The position numbers and the translations under genes were made by a program. A stretch of 64,000 nt of DNA from Oopsacas minuta (taxonomy: Eukaryota > Animalia > Porifera), in assembly GCA_024704765.1 (NCBI GenBank), contig JAKMXF010000331.1, positions 1 through 64,000 on the forward strand, read 5' to 3'. The notes below the pieces were generated by a model that saw nothing but the letters and a program-made list of their open reading frames with translations, ran no database searches and was not told where the DNA came from. Of the stretch, positions 25,361 through 39,360 are shown one piece after another. The stretch's first letter is position 1. Each line of letters opens with the position of its first letter.

Positions 25361-28116
25361 CTATATTACAAAATCACAATGAAATTTTACAAGAAAAGGC
25401 AAAAGATTAAATTATATGGTTTACTTTTAAAAAATTCGAAATTTTACTCTAACCGTGTTACCTAACAATTTCAGCGAAGTAATCTTCTCTTGGGTACCAA
25501 TCAACCGTAAATAATATTGAAAGCCCAAACACGTGAGTAAAATTAATACACTCCTTCAAACACTGCGGGACTTAGGTATATATGGCCGGTTTAGGAATAT
25601 TAGTACAGCAAATTCAATTACTTTCAAATTAAATATAAATTGTTATATTCGTGTTAAGCATCAAATATTAACTGTTTGATGTTTTTATACGGATGGTCCA
25701 TCTTTTTGGAAATTTTTCAACATCAACGCAAATTTCCTTAGGTACATTGTGAAGTATATGTACTCATTTACAGTCGAAAGCTATAAAGATTAGACGGTAA
25801 CTTGAAGCATCTGTAAAACTAATCCAATAGAAATCGTAATAAAATGGGCTTAATATAAATGGTTATGTATTTGGACCACATGTACTCCTCAATATGGCAA
25901 ATGTTTCGACGTCATAATTTTTACCAAATGAGAACTATGTCGATTTATCTCCTGGACAAATTTCGGCATATTTTGATCATAAATATTTAATCGAAGCAAG
26001 TAATTTCAAATCGAAAGTAGCGTGCTGTTATAGTGTGACGACAAATTCAATATTTATTCTTTTAGATGGACCATGGATAATATTTTCGAAAATTTCATCT
26101 CTTTTACGAAGTGTATTTAGTTGTTCAACGAACAAAACACTATGAGAATTTTTGAGGTGGCACACTTAATCCAAATCGGAGGCACAAAGCAGTAGCACAA
26201 AGACCCAGCAAGCGGAGCTAGTGTGAATGAATTTACAATGGTATAGTCGGTTTTTAACTATTACGTGGGTATAAATTGATACATTTCCGTGTGGAGGAGA
26301 TCTCTATAAGTAGTTTTATGATAAAATGTTCATTCTAAATGTCGAGAAAATTAATAATTCAAAAGTCTATATTAACTACATAATATGACTAATCCTGAAA
26401 GAAAACTCATTTGCAGAGGGATAAAAGATATTCGATATAGTGGGAAGCCTGTTGAGTAGATACGTCCTGGGCATTGGCAACAATAGTGCGATCATGGGCT
26501 GGGATACCCGGCCATTTATTGTACTGCACTTTCAAAGTGCAATCTCAGAAAATAGGTTCTCTATGAATGGGGAACCTCTATAAGTGGGTATGGGGATACA
26601 TTAAGATCAGGGCCAGCGCCACAGACAACTATTTGGCGCAGTTTCTACTATGTTAAATGAGATTTCAACAGAGCCAATTTCGTAGGTGTGCTACAGTTTA
26701 ACGGAACCACTTCTAAATTCATGCCGCGGGCTTGGTAAGTATAAAATTCATACATTCTAAAGTTATAATTTTCAGGCCTGACTGAAGGTGGAAGATGGTG
26801 GAAAATGGTACTTAAATAGGTACAACGTATTTTATATATCGGACTCCAGTATCAGGAGCTGTGTTCCAAATCTATACTATTAAAAAAAGCAATTAATCTG
26901 TGTATGTATACATGTAAATGTATGGATGTCTAGAATTGACTGAGGAAACTGGAGGACCAACAAAGCTGATTGTTTGCATACAGGGGCATTTTTGGCCTGG
27001 CTCGGAGACATTCGAGTCGTAGACGAAAATTCACACTTATGACGAAATTATGACTGCATTGTCACCTTTTTGGATTTTCGAAAATCACATCAAGCACCAC
27101 TGTTTAGCCAATATACATAATAGAAATTGAATTTGAAGCACAATACCCCTCAAAGTGACCAAAAGCTAACTCATCATGGGATTATTAAGTCATCATAACT
27201 GTACCAAAATTTGAAAATTCTCCAAATTTCGAAAAATTTCAGAATTTCTTAATACTCGAGGCACGATGTCTCAAGAGCACTAACCAAAGCGAAATAGCCT
27301 CTTCAGTGTCGCTACAGAAGGCCATTGAATAGAATTTGGATCGACCATGGATAATAAATCTTAAATATTAACTATTCTGCGAATTTGAAGCATATAGTCT
27401 GTCGCGTAACGACCAATAACACTATAAGATTTAGCTGTTTAGTACTTACATTAACCTGAGCACCAAGCTGTCACGCAACGACCTAGCAAGCGAAGCGCAC
27501 TAGCAAGTTATAAATTCGAATTTGAGTGTGAGGATACCAAATAGAGTACCCCCCAGAACTGGATCTCGATATTTCCATGGGGTATCGAGGCATAAGGTTA
27601 AGAAACCTATGTTATGGAATATACAGATTAGGAACTAATTTCATACTACCTCAAGTTAAATGAATTCTTAGAATCCAAAAACAAATATACTAGTTTCAGA
27701 ATTACGATAATTATCAACTTTACGTAATTGAAACAAAATATGTAATTATTTGAGGATACAATTGTTTAACTTTAGATCAGGATTTAGGGAAGGAGATCAA
27801 TTACTTGTACAGAATAAAAGAAAGCCAAGCGACTCCCAGGAACAGAAGACGTAAAGAAATATTAAGGACCATATACGATAGAGGAAGTAAAACCTAGCTA
27901 CCTAGATGTAAAGACTCAGATAGCAAAACAACAAAATTACCGATCAATTTATCACGAAAATATAATTCATACAATCTTGTGAGTTTCTAACGGTGAAAGT
28001 GTTGTTTTCGAGCACGTCATTACCAATAATCCTATATTCTTGTGTTACAGATTCAAGCGAAAAAAGGCAAATCAGAGAAGCCAGAAATATCTTGAAACTT
28101 TCCTTCTAGAGGTATA

Positions 28117-28920
28117 CAGGGTGTAACAAATGTATTGTCGTTATTTACTGATAATGTTGCTTGACATTACATAATATTATACAACCTTAATCATTGATTC
28201 CTTTACTCAAGAGTATTGATACATATTATTGTCAAAGCATATAGCAGTCAATTTTATTGTATTTAACTTTTCGATTTATTCTTGGTATTTTCAAAAAATT
28301 CTCAATTCTATAAGAGATGAATGTCCAAGATTATGGATCTTCCTTAAGATCTCGGCATGATGTCCCACCAAGCCCTATCTGAGCTGCATATTATACCTCA
28401 AGGAGAAACTGTAAATGGAGATTACTACCGTACAAAGATTTTAGCTGGAACATGCAAAGATGCCATTTACAGGAGAGCCAAAATGGGTCAGTTTTAGAGC
28501 GGTCTATGACCTCAGAGATGTCTGGGATTATTATCATGCAAGACGGGGCACCTGCTCACACGGCTAAACTGACACAAGAATGGTGTGAACATAATCTTCC
28601 TGCGTTTTGGCACAAAGCTGAGTGGCCCGGAAACTCGCCTGACCTCAATCCAATCGAGAATTTGTAGGCTATCATGAAAAATAAGGTAGATGAGCTGGAG
28701 CAAGCAACTACTGTTAACGGACTAATAAAAAATTTGAAAAGGCATGGAGTAATATATCGGGTGATGTTTTGCAAAACATTGTATCTAGTATGCCAAGGCG
28801 AGTTACACAAGTTTTAGAAAGGTAAGGAGACTATATAGAGAAATAAAACGGTAATATTTGTGCTGTTTTGAGATTAGTTATATTCAGTTTAGAAAACGAC
28901 AATACATTTGTTACACCCTG
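28117..28920 (+). mobile_element. Internally deleted DD37E Tc1-like element (804 bp, TA TSD)
   Basis: Perfect 26-bp TIR CAGGGTGTAACAAATGTATTGTCGTT. Retains QDGAPAH...WPGNSPDLNPIE with 37 residues between D and E. Confidence 0.93.
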
Positions 28921-29008
28921 TACTATCAAAACAATATCGTAATGAACTACGCATTTGCTTAGTTCATGAACTAAATAGGTTTATACTCACTTTAATTAAA
29001 GCCTATCA

Positions 29009-29037
29009 ATCTATCTATCTATCTATCTATCTATCTA
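29009..29037. repeat. (ATCT)n microsatellite
   Basis: Directly visible, about 7 units. Confidence 0.95.
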
Positions 29038-29727
29038 AAAATATTGTGCATTTGTACTGATCCGATTAGGAATATTGACCTTACATCTAAATATTATGAT
29101 TCTTGGGATGATATTGTCAATCTGGATACCATCGAAAAGCAATTGAAACACCCCAACTACAGTTAGCTTATGAAAATATCGACAGCAACTTCAATCTTAA
29201 CCGTGCGTACTATCAGCCTTGCGAATAACAACTACTTAAATAAACGACATGAGAAACTCAATACAAAAGGTGGCACAAACATCATTGAATATACTAGATT
29301 CTTACCACCACTCAACGAAATTGAGTATTTCACGGCGAAACTCGCTGTAACGGCCAGCATTTGGTACACAGAATATCTTGCATCCAAACCTACTGAAATT
29401 CAGCAAGAGAACTGATATATCGCAAGAGAAATCAGAAGGTGAAATCATCGAACAAGTTGTGTATTAGTAACCTGGATGGATTGATTGTATCGTTTGTCAC
29501 GCACCAGGGATATGCTATTAAGATTTTAGATTACTAGTCAAAATCGCAACAGATCTAACAGCTCATATCCAAACCACATAATATATCAAACGTTTTCAAG
29601 ACAGTATTTCTGAGCAAGTAATACCACAGGCATTACACCGAAAGAAGAATTAGGTCCGTCATTTATCCAGACTTTGTTGTTGTCAGAGTCATGGATAGAA
29701 AGAATTTCAAAAGCAAATAGTATGAAG

Positions 29728-30500
29728 CATAGCCTACAAAAGATAAGGCCTAACAGTAACTCGAACTTTTGGCACCAGGGATGCAGTATTAGGTGAAAGA
29801 ATTAATTAGACATGGTTTCTCTATTGCAGATAATTGCATTTTTGCCTGAATAAATGGAGTACAATTATGTAGGACATCAAATTATATACAAATGCTAAAC
29901 ACTCACAAGAATGTGTCAAAATAGGTGCCTAGTAAGCATTTATTTAGTAAATATATCATTCTTTGATGACTTGTAAAACGTTAAATATTGCATTTATCAA
30001 CTCAAAGTGAATAAATGAAATGGATTATAAATACTTTTATTTAAAATGGCAAAAGTTTGTCTTTCAAAAGTGGGCTCGTTGTTGAATTACGCTGGAGGCC
30101 ATGGATGACGAATTTAATGAAATTCAATTATAACTCCAGATTCTCTAAAATTATGGTAAAATCAGAATAGTCAATTTATAATATTAACCAGACATCTCAT
30201 ACCCTTGTAATACATTTTGATATGATATCTCGCACCAATGTGAGGATGCCCATATATGATCATTTTCAAGAATCCGCAATACTCTTCAATTATTTCATAT
30301 CAAATATATTACAAGGTATGGGAAGTCAAGTATATAGCACAAATTGGCTAATATGATTCCCATAACTTCAGCGATTCTCAGGCTAGGATTGAATATTCAT
30401 AAAAATGCAATCCATGGTCTTGTCCATAACTCAACAACGAGCCAACTTTTGAATGACAAATTTTTGACATTTTGCACAAAAGTATATAGATCATTTCATT
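29728..30500. mobile_element. Further CATAGCCTAC-family foldback remnant
   Basis: Starts CATAGCCTACAAAAGATAAGGCC; central part about 30100-30490 resembles the cores at 9290-9530 and 17600-17910. Right end and TSD not found. Confidence 0.55.
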
Positions 30501-32439
30501 AATTCACTTGGAGTTGATAAACGAAATATTTAACGTTCTACGAGGTATCGAAGAATGACATATTTTGCTAAATGAATAGACACATATTTTGACGCATTCA
30601 ATTATTCAAATTTTATTCATTAAATCAGAGTTTTTCAATTTTTAGAAACTAAAGTCTCTGATTACAACTAGTATATAATTGTGAGTTTTTCAACTTATTA
30701 TCACCAAAACTTCCACTTAAAGACAAAAATCTGGAGAATTCATTAAAATATAATTGGATAGATTCGGGCACATACACTAACTGAGCATAAGGATTTCAAA
30801 ATCACTAAATAACAATTACATACCCTGGCTACATGGTGAATATTTGAATATGCACACGATAATATTCCTGAAAGAACTATATGACTGTGTTTGTTAAGAT
30901 TATCCTGATTAATTTCCTGAATTTATAATTAGATAGTTTCTAGCCAAAACTTTGTTCATTAATTAGATAATGAGCTAATTACATATTCAATTCCGAATTG
31001 CACAAAACTCGAATAGGATGGTACATTTCGAATTCAATATTAGAATTCTACCTGTCTGTATTACCCCAGTATGGATATTTCGAAAATTTACAACAAATCT
31101 TGTTGAAGTATTAGCTTGTAAATAGTGTATGTGGCAGTATGTCACGGGGAGAAGTGTCACATATCAAATATATGTGTGTTACTTAGTATGTGAATACAAA
31201 AGTTTAAAAGATTTCCAGGACGAGTATCTGCAAGTAAGTTCATCATATTTAGAAATTTCAATACCAATAACTAAATTTTAGATTTTTTCGTTCATAAAGC
31301 TAGCGTATTTTGAAATCCTTATCTATTTTGATTGGAAATTTAATATACAAACTAATGTATTATTATATAAAATAGAAGTCAAAATAAAACTATTATCAAT
31401 TTGTTGAATAGTGACGTCATCATTAATAACCTACCACGTAGGAAACCGATTTTTGACCCAACCTTGATTGTTCGTCTCAAGTTTTGTGTTTAAAGTGTAT
31501 TTAGTTAGTCCAGACTATATTTTGAATATTTTTCTATATGATTTCCTCAGCAACATAGGAAAAATCTCAGGAAATTGGCAACATTCTATTATCTGCGTTT
31601 TAAACTATACAAAATGTGTCGAAGTGGAGGTTTAAGTAAATACATAGAAATGCTCAATGCTTACAGAGATCATGTAGAAAAATATTTAAATAGATAGTCT
31701 GGACTAACTAAATCCACTTAAAACAACATTTGAGACAAAAAATCAAGGTTGGGCCAGAATTATGCATTTGTCTTCCGACGGACTAGCCCACTCAGAGAGC
31801 GAGCTGGTAAAAATGTGGCTGTTAATTCAATGTCTTTAAGATGGAATTAGTCATAAAATGATTAGGAACGTAAATGCTTGAACGTTAACAAAAAACAAAT
31901 TTAAAATATGTTTTTAGGTAGTATCTGTCCGAATAAATCTAAATATATATTAACGAATTCTCGAGATTTTTTAGTCTATAACTGGAAGTTTTTGTGAAAA
32001 TAAGATGAAAAATCACAATTATATACTAGTTATAATCAGGATTTCATGACGAAATTATGAAAATTTTATTATGTCATAACTCTATAACCAAATAACCGAA
32101 CTCAAACCATGAGAAACTTACACATAGTCAATGGTGGTTTGTTAATGATTAACGACTTACAATGTTTGAAGGACATCGGAGGAGGTTGGCCAAATGACCA
32201 GGTGAGTCGACATGCAATTCCCCATAAGTGTTTCAATTACAAGAGCGATTGGCTCGTCGCTTCCCGATGAACTCGACGTATTGCGCCTCGAGGTATCCAT
32301 TATTCTCCAAATTAACGCTCCCTTGAGATTATAATACAGATCTATATAGGATAACGTAATTCACAAATATACGTATAAGGCATAATTATTATTAAATTAT
32401 TTTTATGATCAACGAGCAACCTGTATGTATATTGTGAGA

Positions 32440-32740
32440 TTTGGATAACTTGTTTACTTTATATTCATAAAAACAAAAATGGATTTACATACCAACGCAC
32501 AAACAAACAAACAAACAATCCCATATTCGGACTCAGCATACTCGATTACACCAGTATAGTAGTTGAAAGTATGATTCTTCTTCAATTTTGGAATTTGTTT
32601 ACTTTATATTCATAAAACAACAATAAATTTACATAAGATTAATCCAAAAGTATGATATCGGATTCAGCATGTTCGATATATTTAGTGAAGTTTTATGAAA
32701 TTCTATTTACTTCCTTCATAAACACGATAATAGATAGTTA
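32440..32740. repeat. Degenerate tandem duplication, about 130-145-bp period
   Basis: TTGTTTACTTTATATTCATAAAA at 32450 and 32595; TCGGA(C/T)TCAGCAT repeated; a weaker third copy near 32705. Confidence 0.55.
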
Positions 32741-33821
32741 TGTCACAATTTCAAAATTGTATACCGCAAATCCTTTCCTTAACGATTGAGATTTACTAAT
32801 ATAGATTAATAATCACCTGTATTATATCTGAATAGATTGATTAAAGGCAGTTATAATAAATAAGCTAATAAAGTGTTAGGGCTGGGGTTTATTAACCTAA
32901 AACAGGGGGCAGTTAAAACTTCTCGATAATAGCGGTTAATGATTAAGCACTGCAAAAGTTCTTAATACAATCAAGGATGTTTGGTGACTAGTACCAATAC
33001 ATAGCTATTATATATGCAACATGATAGGATTATATCTTTCCAGACTATTGAAATTTGAGAATACGGATCTAGAATGTAACATCTCATGAACACCTAACTA
33101 GCAGAATTTCTGTATAAATAATCAAGCTCTCAAACCCTGGGAAGATTTAATATATTGGTGGAAATCACGCATTTTGATTAACCCAATAAATTTTATCCTA
33201 GTTAAATGGTTATAGCGGCGGTTAACCGGCGAACTGAATCCATGACTGATGTCTTATAGGTAGTAATAGTTCTATATTTCATATACGTATATTTTTGTTG
33301 ATTCTATGATTTCGTTAAGTTCATGCGCTAGGTTCATCAGTAAATTCATTTCTTTCAGTTAGTTCAATAAGTTAGTCCAGTATGAAACGCTTAAAAGTGC
33401 TGCGTACCTTGTATTCAGTAAGTTTGTTCGTGAAATTTTCATTTCATGCTTATAGGGTAATAGGCTCAAGTACGAGAGTTTTTGATCACACATTTCCATA
33501 TCGTGAAATTTCTCTTCAATCATAATGCTGTATCACTCTGAATAAGAGCACTGGCGCTTAACATTTTAGTTTAAAGTTTATGTGGTAAATATCTTTCGAG
33601 GTCCCAGTTCCACGAAATATGCTCGTAGAGTGTGGTGATAACAAGTAATCAAATCCTTGGACATGTTTCTAGCCCCCAGCTCTTATTCATGGATCCAAGG
33701 TAAATAGTCATGGATAATTAGACAAACAAATCCAGAAAACTATACAAAGGAATTTCCACAGCAATTATTCTCGTGAATAGAAAGCAAGTATAATCCAAAA
33801 ATGAATTAAAGATAGACTCAC

Positions 33822-34180
33822 CTAGGAACATAAGGTCTGCTTTTCTCAGTTTCTAAGTCCGAATCAATAGCTTCTAAATCACTAGTATCAGTTCCTGTAA
33901 ATTCGGCATCAGAATCTTGCAGAGAAAGTATTGGATCTTCACTATAATTGAGTTTCCATTGTAAAATAGTATGATCTCCACCACCAAGTGTAATCAATAT
34001 AGATAAATCATGAGAAAATTTCACATTAGTAACATGGCTAGCATGGCCAATAAAAGACTTTGATTTTGCACCCTTCTTAAAAACAGGATAATTGAAAAGA
34101 TTAATTTTACAATCATCATCTCCAGTAGCAATAAGCATGTTCCGAAAATTTGTATCAATAGTGTTGATATCATTCAATAC
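33822..34180 (-). CDS. EML5/6: EML5/6-like coding exon (end of first TAPE domain and acidic linker)
   Basis: Acceptor cccttcgatAG at 34182-34181, donor AG|GTgagt at 33821. Peptide DINTID...ATGDDDCKINLFNYP...GHASHVTNVKFSHD...GGGDHTILQW...IDSDLETE. Confidence 0.95.
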
Positions 34181-37004
34181 CTATCGAAGGGAAATAAATT
34201 ATAACGTAGACCGAAATACAAACAATATTTTTGTACCACCAGGATGAACTTGAGGAAGAGAAAAGGGATGAGATATAGTTAGTGCTAGCTCACCCACTTG
34301 CCTAGTAATTCAAGGGTTGCTGACCGCAGCCCAGGTACTTCCAACATCCTACCAATCCCCTAGCTACTCCTATGCACAAGGGTAGTTGAAAGTGAATACT
34401 ACAGAATAAATTGCAGAATGGAATACTGATCATAGTAATCTAAAGTTGATACGTTTCGGAGTTACATTAGTAAGGGATAGCTGTCCTTTTGGTGATACTG
34501 ATACGTTTGGTTGTGATACCCCAAGGAAAATAAACTAACTGCATTCTCACTAATAATATTGAGAATATGAATCCTGTCCATAAATTTAACTCTGAAAATA
34601 CAAATTGAAGAAATCAAAAGCTTGTTATAACAAAATTTCAAAACAATGTTTTAATTCTAGTATTCCAAAGTTTTACTAATTTTGAGTTCCAAATTCTGAT
34701 ACAATACTGTAAGATATTTATATGCTCTGGTTCTCAGTTAGACAGGTAAATATTAGAGAGGTTACCTGTAGTAAATTATTAATACTGGCCTTTTTCTGAT
34801 TCGGAGGGAAATTTCATAATTGGGTGTTACAAAGGGGTAATAGTGCAAGAAAGGTTAAACCACTGATCAAGAATGATTTAAGTTGCATATGTTGACTATT
34901 ATTATTTATTCAGTCTAGCGTTCCGAATTATAACCTCAAACATATATACTATTTATTCCCGATCTAACCCTACTAATGAATCATTTTAACGAAATCATTA
35001 CTATTAATACAATTTGGAATAACTAATAATGTTAAGCCAAGAGGATAGTAGTGCAGATCGGACGTCTGGGTCATGTTTCTCACTGATCAATTAAATCATT
35101 ACACTAGAGCAGGTTTTCCCAAACTGTGGTCAAAAAGATTTTGTATGTGGCCAATTTGAAGTTCAATGATCATTTTGACCGAACTTTACCAAATCCCAAA
35201 GTTGACATGGTCAAGCATGACTAAACATCTTTCATCTCCCGAGCATATTAACAAACCCCAATTATTGAGTTTCGATTTTCGAATATTGACTCAAAATCTT
35301 TAATCAAGCACAAATTCCTGAAATTAAATAGCAAACATGGGTATAAAATTTGATCTTCTACAAATATGTAACACAAATATTCAGGCAAAATGCACTGGCC
35401 AGAAAATAACGAAATTATGTTTATAAACGTATTTCAGCTAATACTGCATCTCTGGTTCTAAATTTACGAGTTACTGTTAGGCCTTATGTTTAGTAGGCTA
35501 TTGCCTGACAATATCAAATTTCTGGAGCCATAGAATGAATTCAAAATTAAATTTGGAAAAGGTTGGAAAATTGAAATGACAATGTCCCGAAAACCCGACC
35601 TGATGGAGAGAAATTGAATATATTTTTTCAGGATCAGGATACTCTATAACATGAATGTGTAATGCAATACTGAAATATGATATCAATAATTAAGTTTAAG
35701 ATCCGGTCAATTAGTTCTATCTAGTAGCCTTATCATTATACTACATTATTTTGATTTCATGGCTATATTACATTAAACATTTATTCATGTTGATGTCATG
35801 CATTTTAAGCACAACAGGTTGGGATCTAAGATAATCCCTGATGCAAAACCGATCATAGGATCACAAACTGGCCATGTTCATGACAAGCAGATTTCAGTTT
35901 CTCAGGTTCGGTCGACCTATACAAAATATATGGAGCAACCAAGGTTTGTCCAGATGATTGTAGAATATATATCGGCAGTCCCTCACCAACTGGACCGTCT
36001 CCGATACCAGGCCATTTACGACCTTTTTTCGAATGCGGTAAATGGCCTACAAATGGTTGGGAACCTCTGGGTTAAATTAACAATTAAAAATAATATAAGT
36101 TTCATATTTTAAGTCCAATCGATTGTGTATGCCGATATTCGTAATCGACTCATTATAGGGGTCACGTGGCAATGATTGGAATAATATCTTTCCTCGAGAA
36201 CTTAGAAATGTGCTGATTCCATCCTCAAAAGTGTTCGGAATATAGTAAAGCGGACAATCATATTACTGGAAATTTGATGCTGAGTACAAATCAGGTGAGT
36301 TCAAAGTTGATTCAATGAGATTTGAAAAGGTTATCGCCTGGGGATCTAATTCGAATTCGTCGACAGACGCTATTTAAAAATAATTTTTGAAGGTCAATAT
36401 GTCATATTTCAGCTTGGGAACAGGATTATTTGATCAGCAGGTTCTAGAATAAATCACATCCAATCAGGTAGCATAATTTCAGACATATAAACACGAAATA
36501 TTCAGGCAATTCAAAAGATATTAAGACTCTTGTGAAAAATGATGCAACTAAGTTTGGCGTAGCCTCATTTTGAGTCCAGACCACACAATGGATAGCTTAG
36601 AATTCCTAATATTTTGAATACAACAAGACCAATCGTATATCAAAATATAGCAAAAATGAAGCACATAAAACTACTCCATGAAAGTATTAGCATTGAACAT
36701 ATATATGTAGGACAAATATCGAATTCTTGGAGCACTAGTATGATGTTAAATTTGGAAATGTTGGAAAAACGAAAAAGAAGTTAGGAGCAGATTAAAATTT
36801 AAATAACATGTTCACTTCAGTCGTTTATTTGACCGGCTTCTCATTATTATTTTGATACAAGTTTTCTTCTACATACTATTAAGGGCTGGTGGATTATGTG
36901 TTTAAAATTTCTTTTAGAATATTCATTACTTTTGAAAGATTATATTTTGAAGAATTCAACGAAGAAGTTAGACTAGGCTCACCTCAGTCACTAATTTGAC
37001 TTAC

Positions 37005-37373
37005 TTATACTCATCAGACTTAAACGAAATTAGTAACATTGGAAAGAAGAGGGTTGAACGTTTGAAGCAATATGTTTTGATTTTAAAAACTTCACAGTTA
37101 GTCACTTTTTGCTTAAATTTTTAGTGTTACGGCTCCCTTTAATTTACTCACCTAAAAGTCAGAATTCAATTCTGAAATTAAATATGCATACTTTAGTGAT
37201 ATGGACGTTTATGAAAATTAAATTTCATTAAATAATATTAACAACTCGCGGAGCTAGAGGAATTCAAATTTTATGGCGGTAGTGAGAGTGGTAGGGGATG
37301 AATCATATTCTACATAAAGTAGGGTCAGTTCAACTCATGTTTCTTACCCTAAATCCGACTGAATTTCAATTAT
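37005..37373 (+). repeat. 369-bp sequence repeated in inverted orientation at 42582-42951
   Basis: By-eye comparison finds about 3 substitutions and 1 indel between the copies. Confidence 0.95.
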
Positions 37374-37619
37374 GTGTGGATAGATGGCGCTAAATTAGAT
37401 GGGTTATCTAATGCTAGAAATATATCTGGGCTTTGCAATATACTGATGCATATTTATTGATGAGTGTTTTCATTTCATTAATGTCATCACAAGTGCTTAT
37501 AGCAAATAGCTTTGTTGAGTTTAGTCCACTGTTAGTTTTGTTGTTAGTTCTAACACAACTTGGTCATAGTTTAGTTTATCAAACGTTTGATAAAAAATAT
37601 GTCTGTTTAAGTTGAGAAG

Positions 37620-38800
37620 TTTTGAGCATTTTCATTAGTTGGGTATTTGAACAAATAAAGGAATTCGAGACTAATGGTATCACCAGCTTACAAAAAGTGT
37701 ATTCTGAATACCTTGTTCGTGTCGAATGTTTAGTTAAGGAACCATTTCCCCTTCTCCATGTTCACTATCCTAAGTATAATGTAGAAAGTGAACAAGCTGT
37801 GGAGTTGACTTTGAGATTGAAAGTTGTGAATCTGGGGAATTGTATCTCGAAATCACATAATGGGAGATAGTTTATGCATTACTGGCGCGAACCATAGAGT
37901 GTATTAATCAGTAATTGGACGAATGTATTTCTTCTAAGTTTCATGATGTATATGTGTTTTGAAGTTTACTACTTCAACTAATTCTCGATTTCAGTTATTT
38001 TGAAATAATTCATTAATTAGAAATATGATTTTCTTAAGAGGGCTGTAAAAATGATTAGCCGGGGAACACACAAAGTAGTTACGGTACTGGCTAGAGCAGA
38101 GTGTAAATTCCTTATTTGTAGAGTATATGTATTTTATATTGAGGACAAGAATTATTTAAATAATCGCGTAGTGGTCAAGTTTTATTCTGAAGGATCTCTT
38201 TCAACTCCCTATATACATATAGTACAAGTGCTTATAGTAGTAATTTTCTTGTAGCCAGCGCAGAAATATGGGAAGATTGTTAGATAATTATTCTGTGAGC
38301 AAATATTCAAAAAGCAATTCAATGATCCAGACAAAATAGGGGGATTTTGTTATGGCGTTTTAACATATGTATATCCACGGAAGGTTTAAGGAAAGTTAAA
38401 TCAGAAAGAAAGACTGATGTGGAGTTTGTCTGGAATAGTTAAAATTTAAATGTTACTACTATTTTATATCTGTGTACAGCTCAGGTAATGCGCAGGATCA
38501 GTTACAATATAGACAATAAGTATAAAATGGGTAAAAGATCAATAAAAGATCAACACATTTTGTAAATTTGAATTAGCTGCTAAATTCTTTTCGTTGACGA
38601 TAAAGCAAATATAAATTAAATGCTATAACCTACATGCAAATGTCTCCCTTTGGTAAGCATTTCGAAAAAATCATGAGAATAAAAAAATGAAGAAAATTGT
38701 AAGGAGGAATGGCCCAAAAGGAAAAAGACTAAACTTAGCAATATTAAACCTCCTGATTTATAATTTTCAAAAGAATTTGAAAGTATAAAATCAAATAATA
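37620..38800 (+). pseudogene. Decayed, internally deleted NOF/Foldback-type MULE transposase-like sequence (copy B)
   Basis: Fragments SNWTNV, LARAECKFLICRVY...GSLS, KYGKI...QIFKKQFN and YMQMSPFGKHF align in order with RDWTAA, RASAECKFYNC...GSLS, IYGQSL...NIFHIQFN and YCCKSPFSRHF of the minus-strand gene at 57090-61250. Catalytic motifs not seen. Confidence 0.55.
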
Positions 38801-39360
38801 CACCATTGTACTGCACAAAAGTCGTTAGTGAATCACTAGTTTATTCTAGATATGAGATACCAGAAAATTCAAGGAATTTTTAATAGTGCTTACATTTTTT
38901 TATGGCAAGTTTAAATCGAGAGAACTAGTGTTATCGATGTACGCTACATCGGCGAATGTATTTCTTATCCCAAAATTTATAGTTCCGGTGTTGTAAATGC
39001 TACATATATGTACGTATAAATAAGGTATCTTGTATAATGTACAGGAATGCATAAACAAATTGTAATATTTTCTGTATATGCGCTGGTTCCTGTTTCCCCT
39101 ATGCCAAATTACAAGTAGTATATGTAATACATGTACGTATATTTAGGTGTTAGACAATAGTAAGTAATAATCACACAGGGCAATACATGTTTCTGATTGT
39201 GTAATATTTTCAGACACGAAGAGTCATTAATTGCAGAATTTATACTGATATTTGTATTTTCTTTTGAGATAAATGATAATATAGCTATGAATACTATCTG
39301 AAAATATATCTCTTTGAACCATCTTGAGGAAGATATTCTATAATATGAGAGTGGTATATA

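Noticed and set aside
34850-35150. Isolated hAT-like ends (right end near 34865, left end at 35110; also near 10925 and 27610)
   Set aside because: Solo termini without partner ends or matching TSDs; too fragmentary to call as elements.
29728-35502. Two facing CATAGCCTAC ends as one large element capturing an EML exon
   Set aside because: The flanks (GTATGAAG versus (G)CCTGACA) do not form a TSD; more likely two independent truncated copies.
35798-36112. Possible coding fragment (minus-strand IRDYLRSQP faintly GrpB-like; plus-strand 104-aa ORF)
   Set aside because: Similarity is limited to a few residues with stops nearby; cannot be supported without a profile search.
37011-37090. DLNEISNIGKKRVERLKQYV as a helix-hairpin-helix coding fragment in the 370-bp inverted repeat
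   Set aside because: Short, no convincing exon boundaries, and the frames of the two copies diverge; may be chance.
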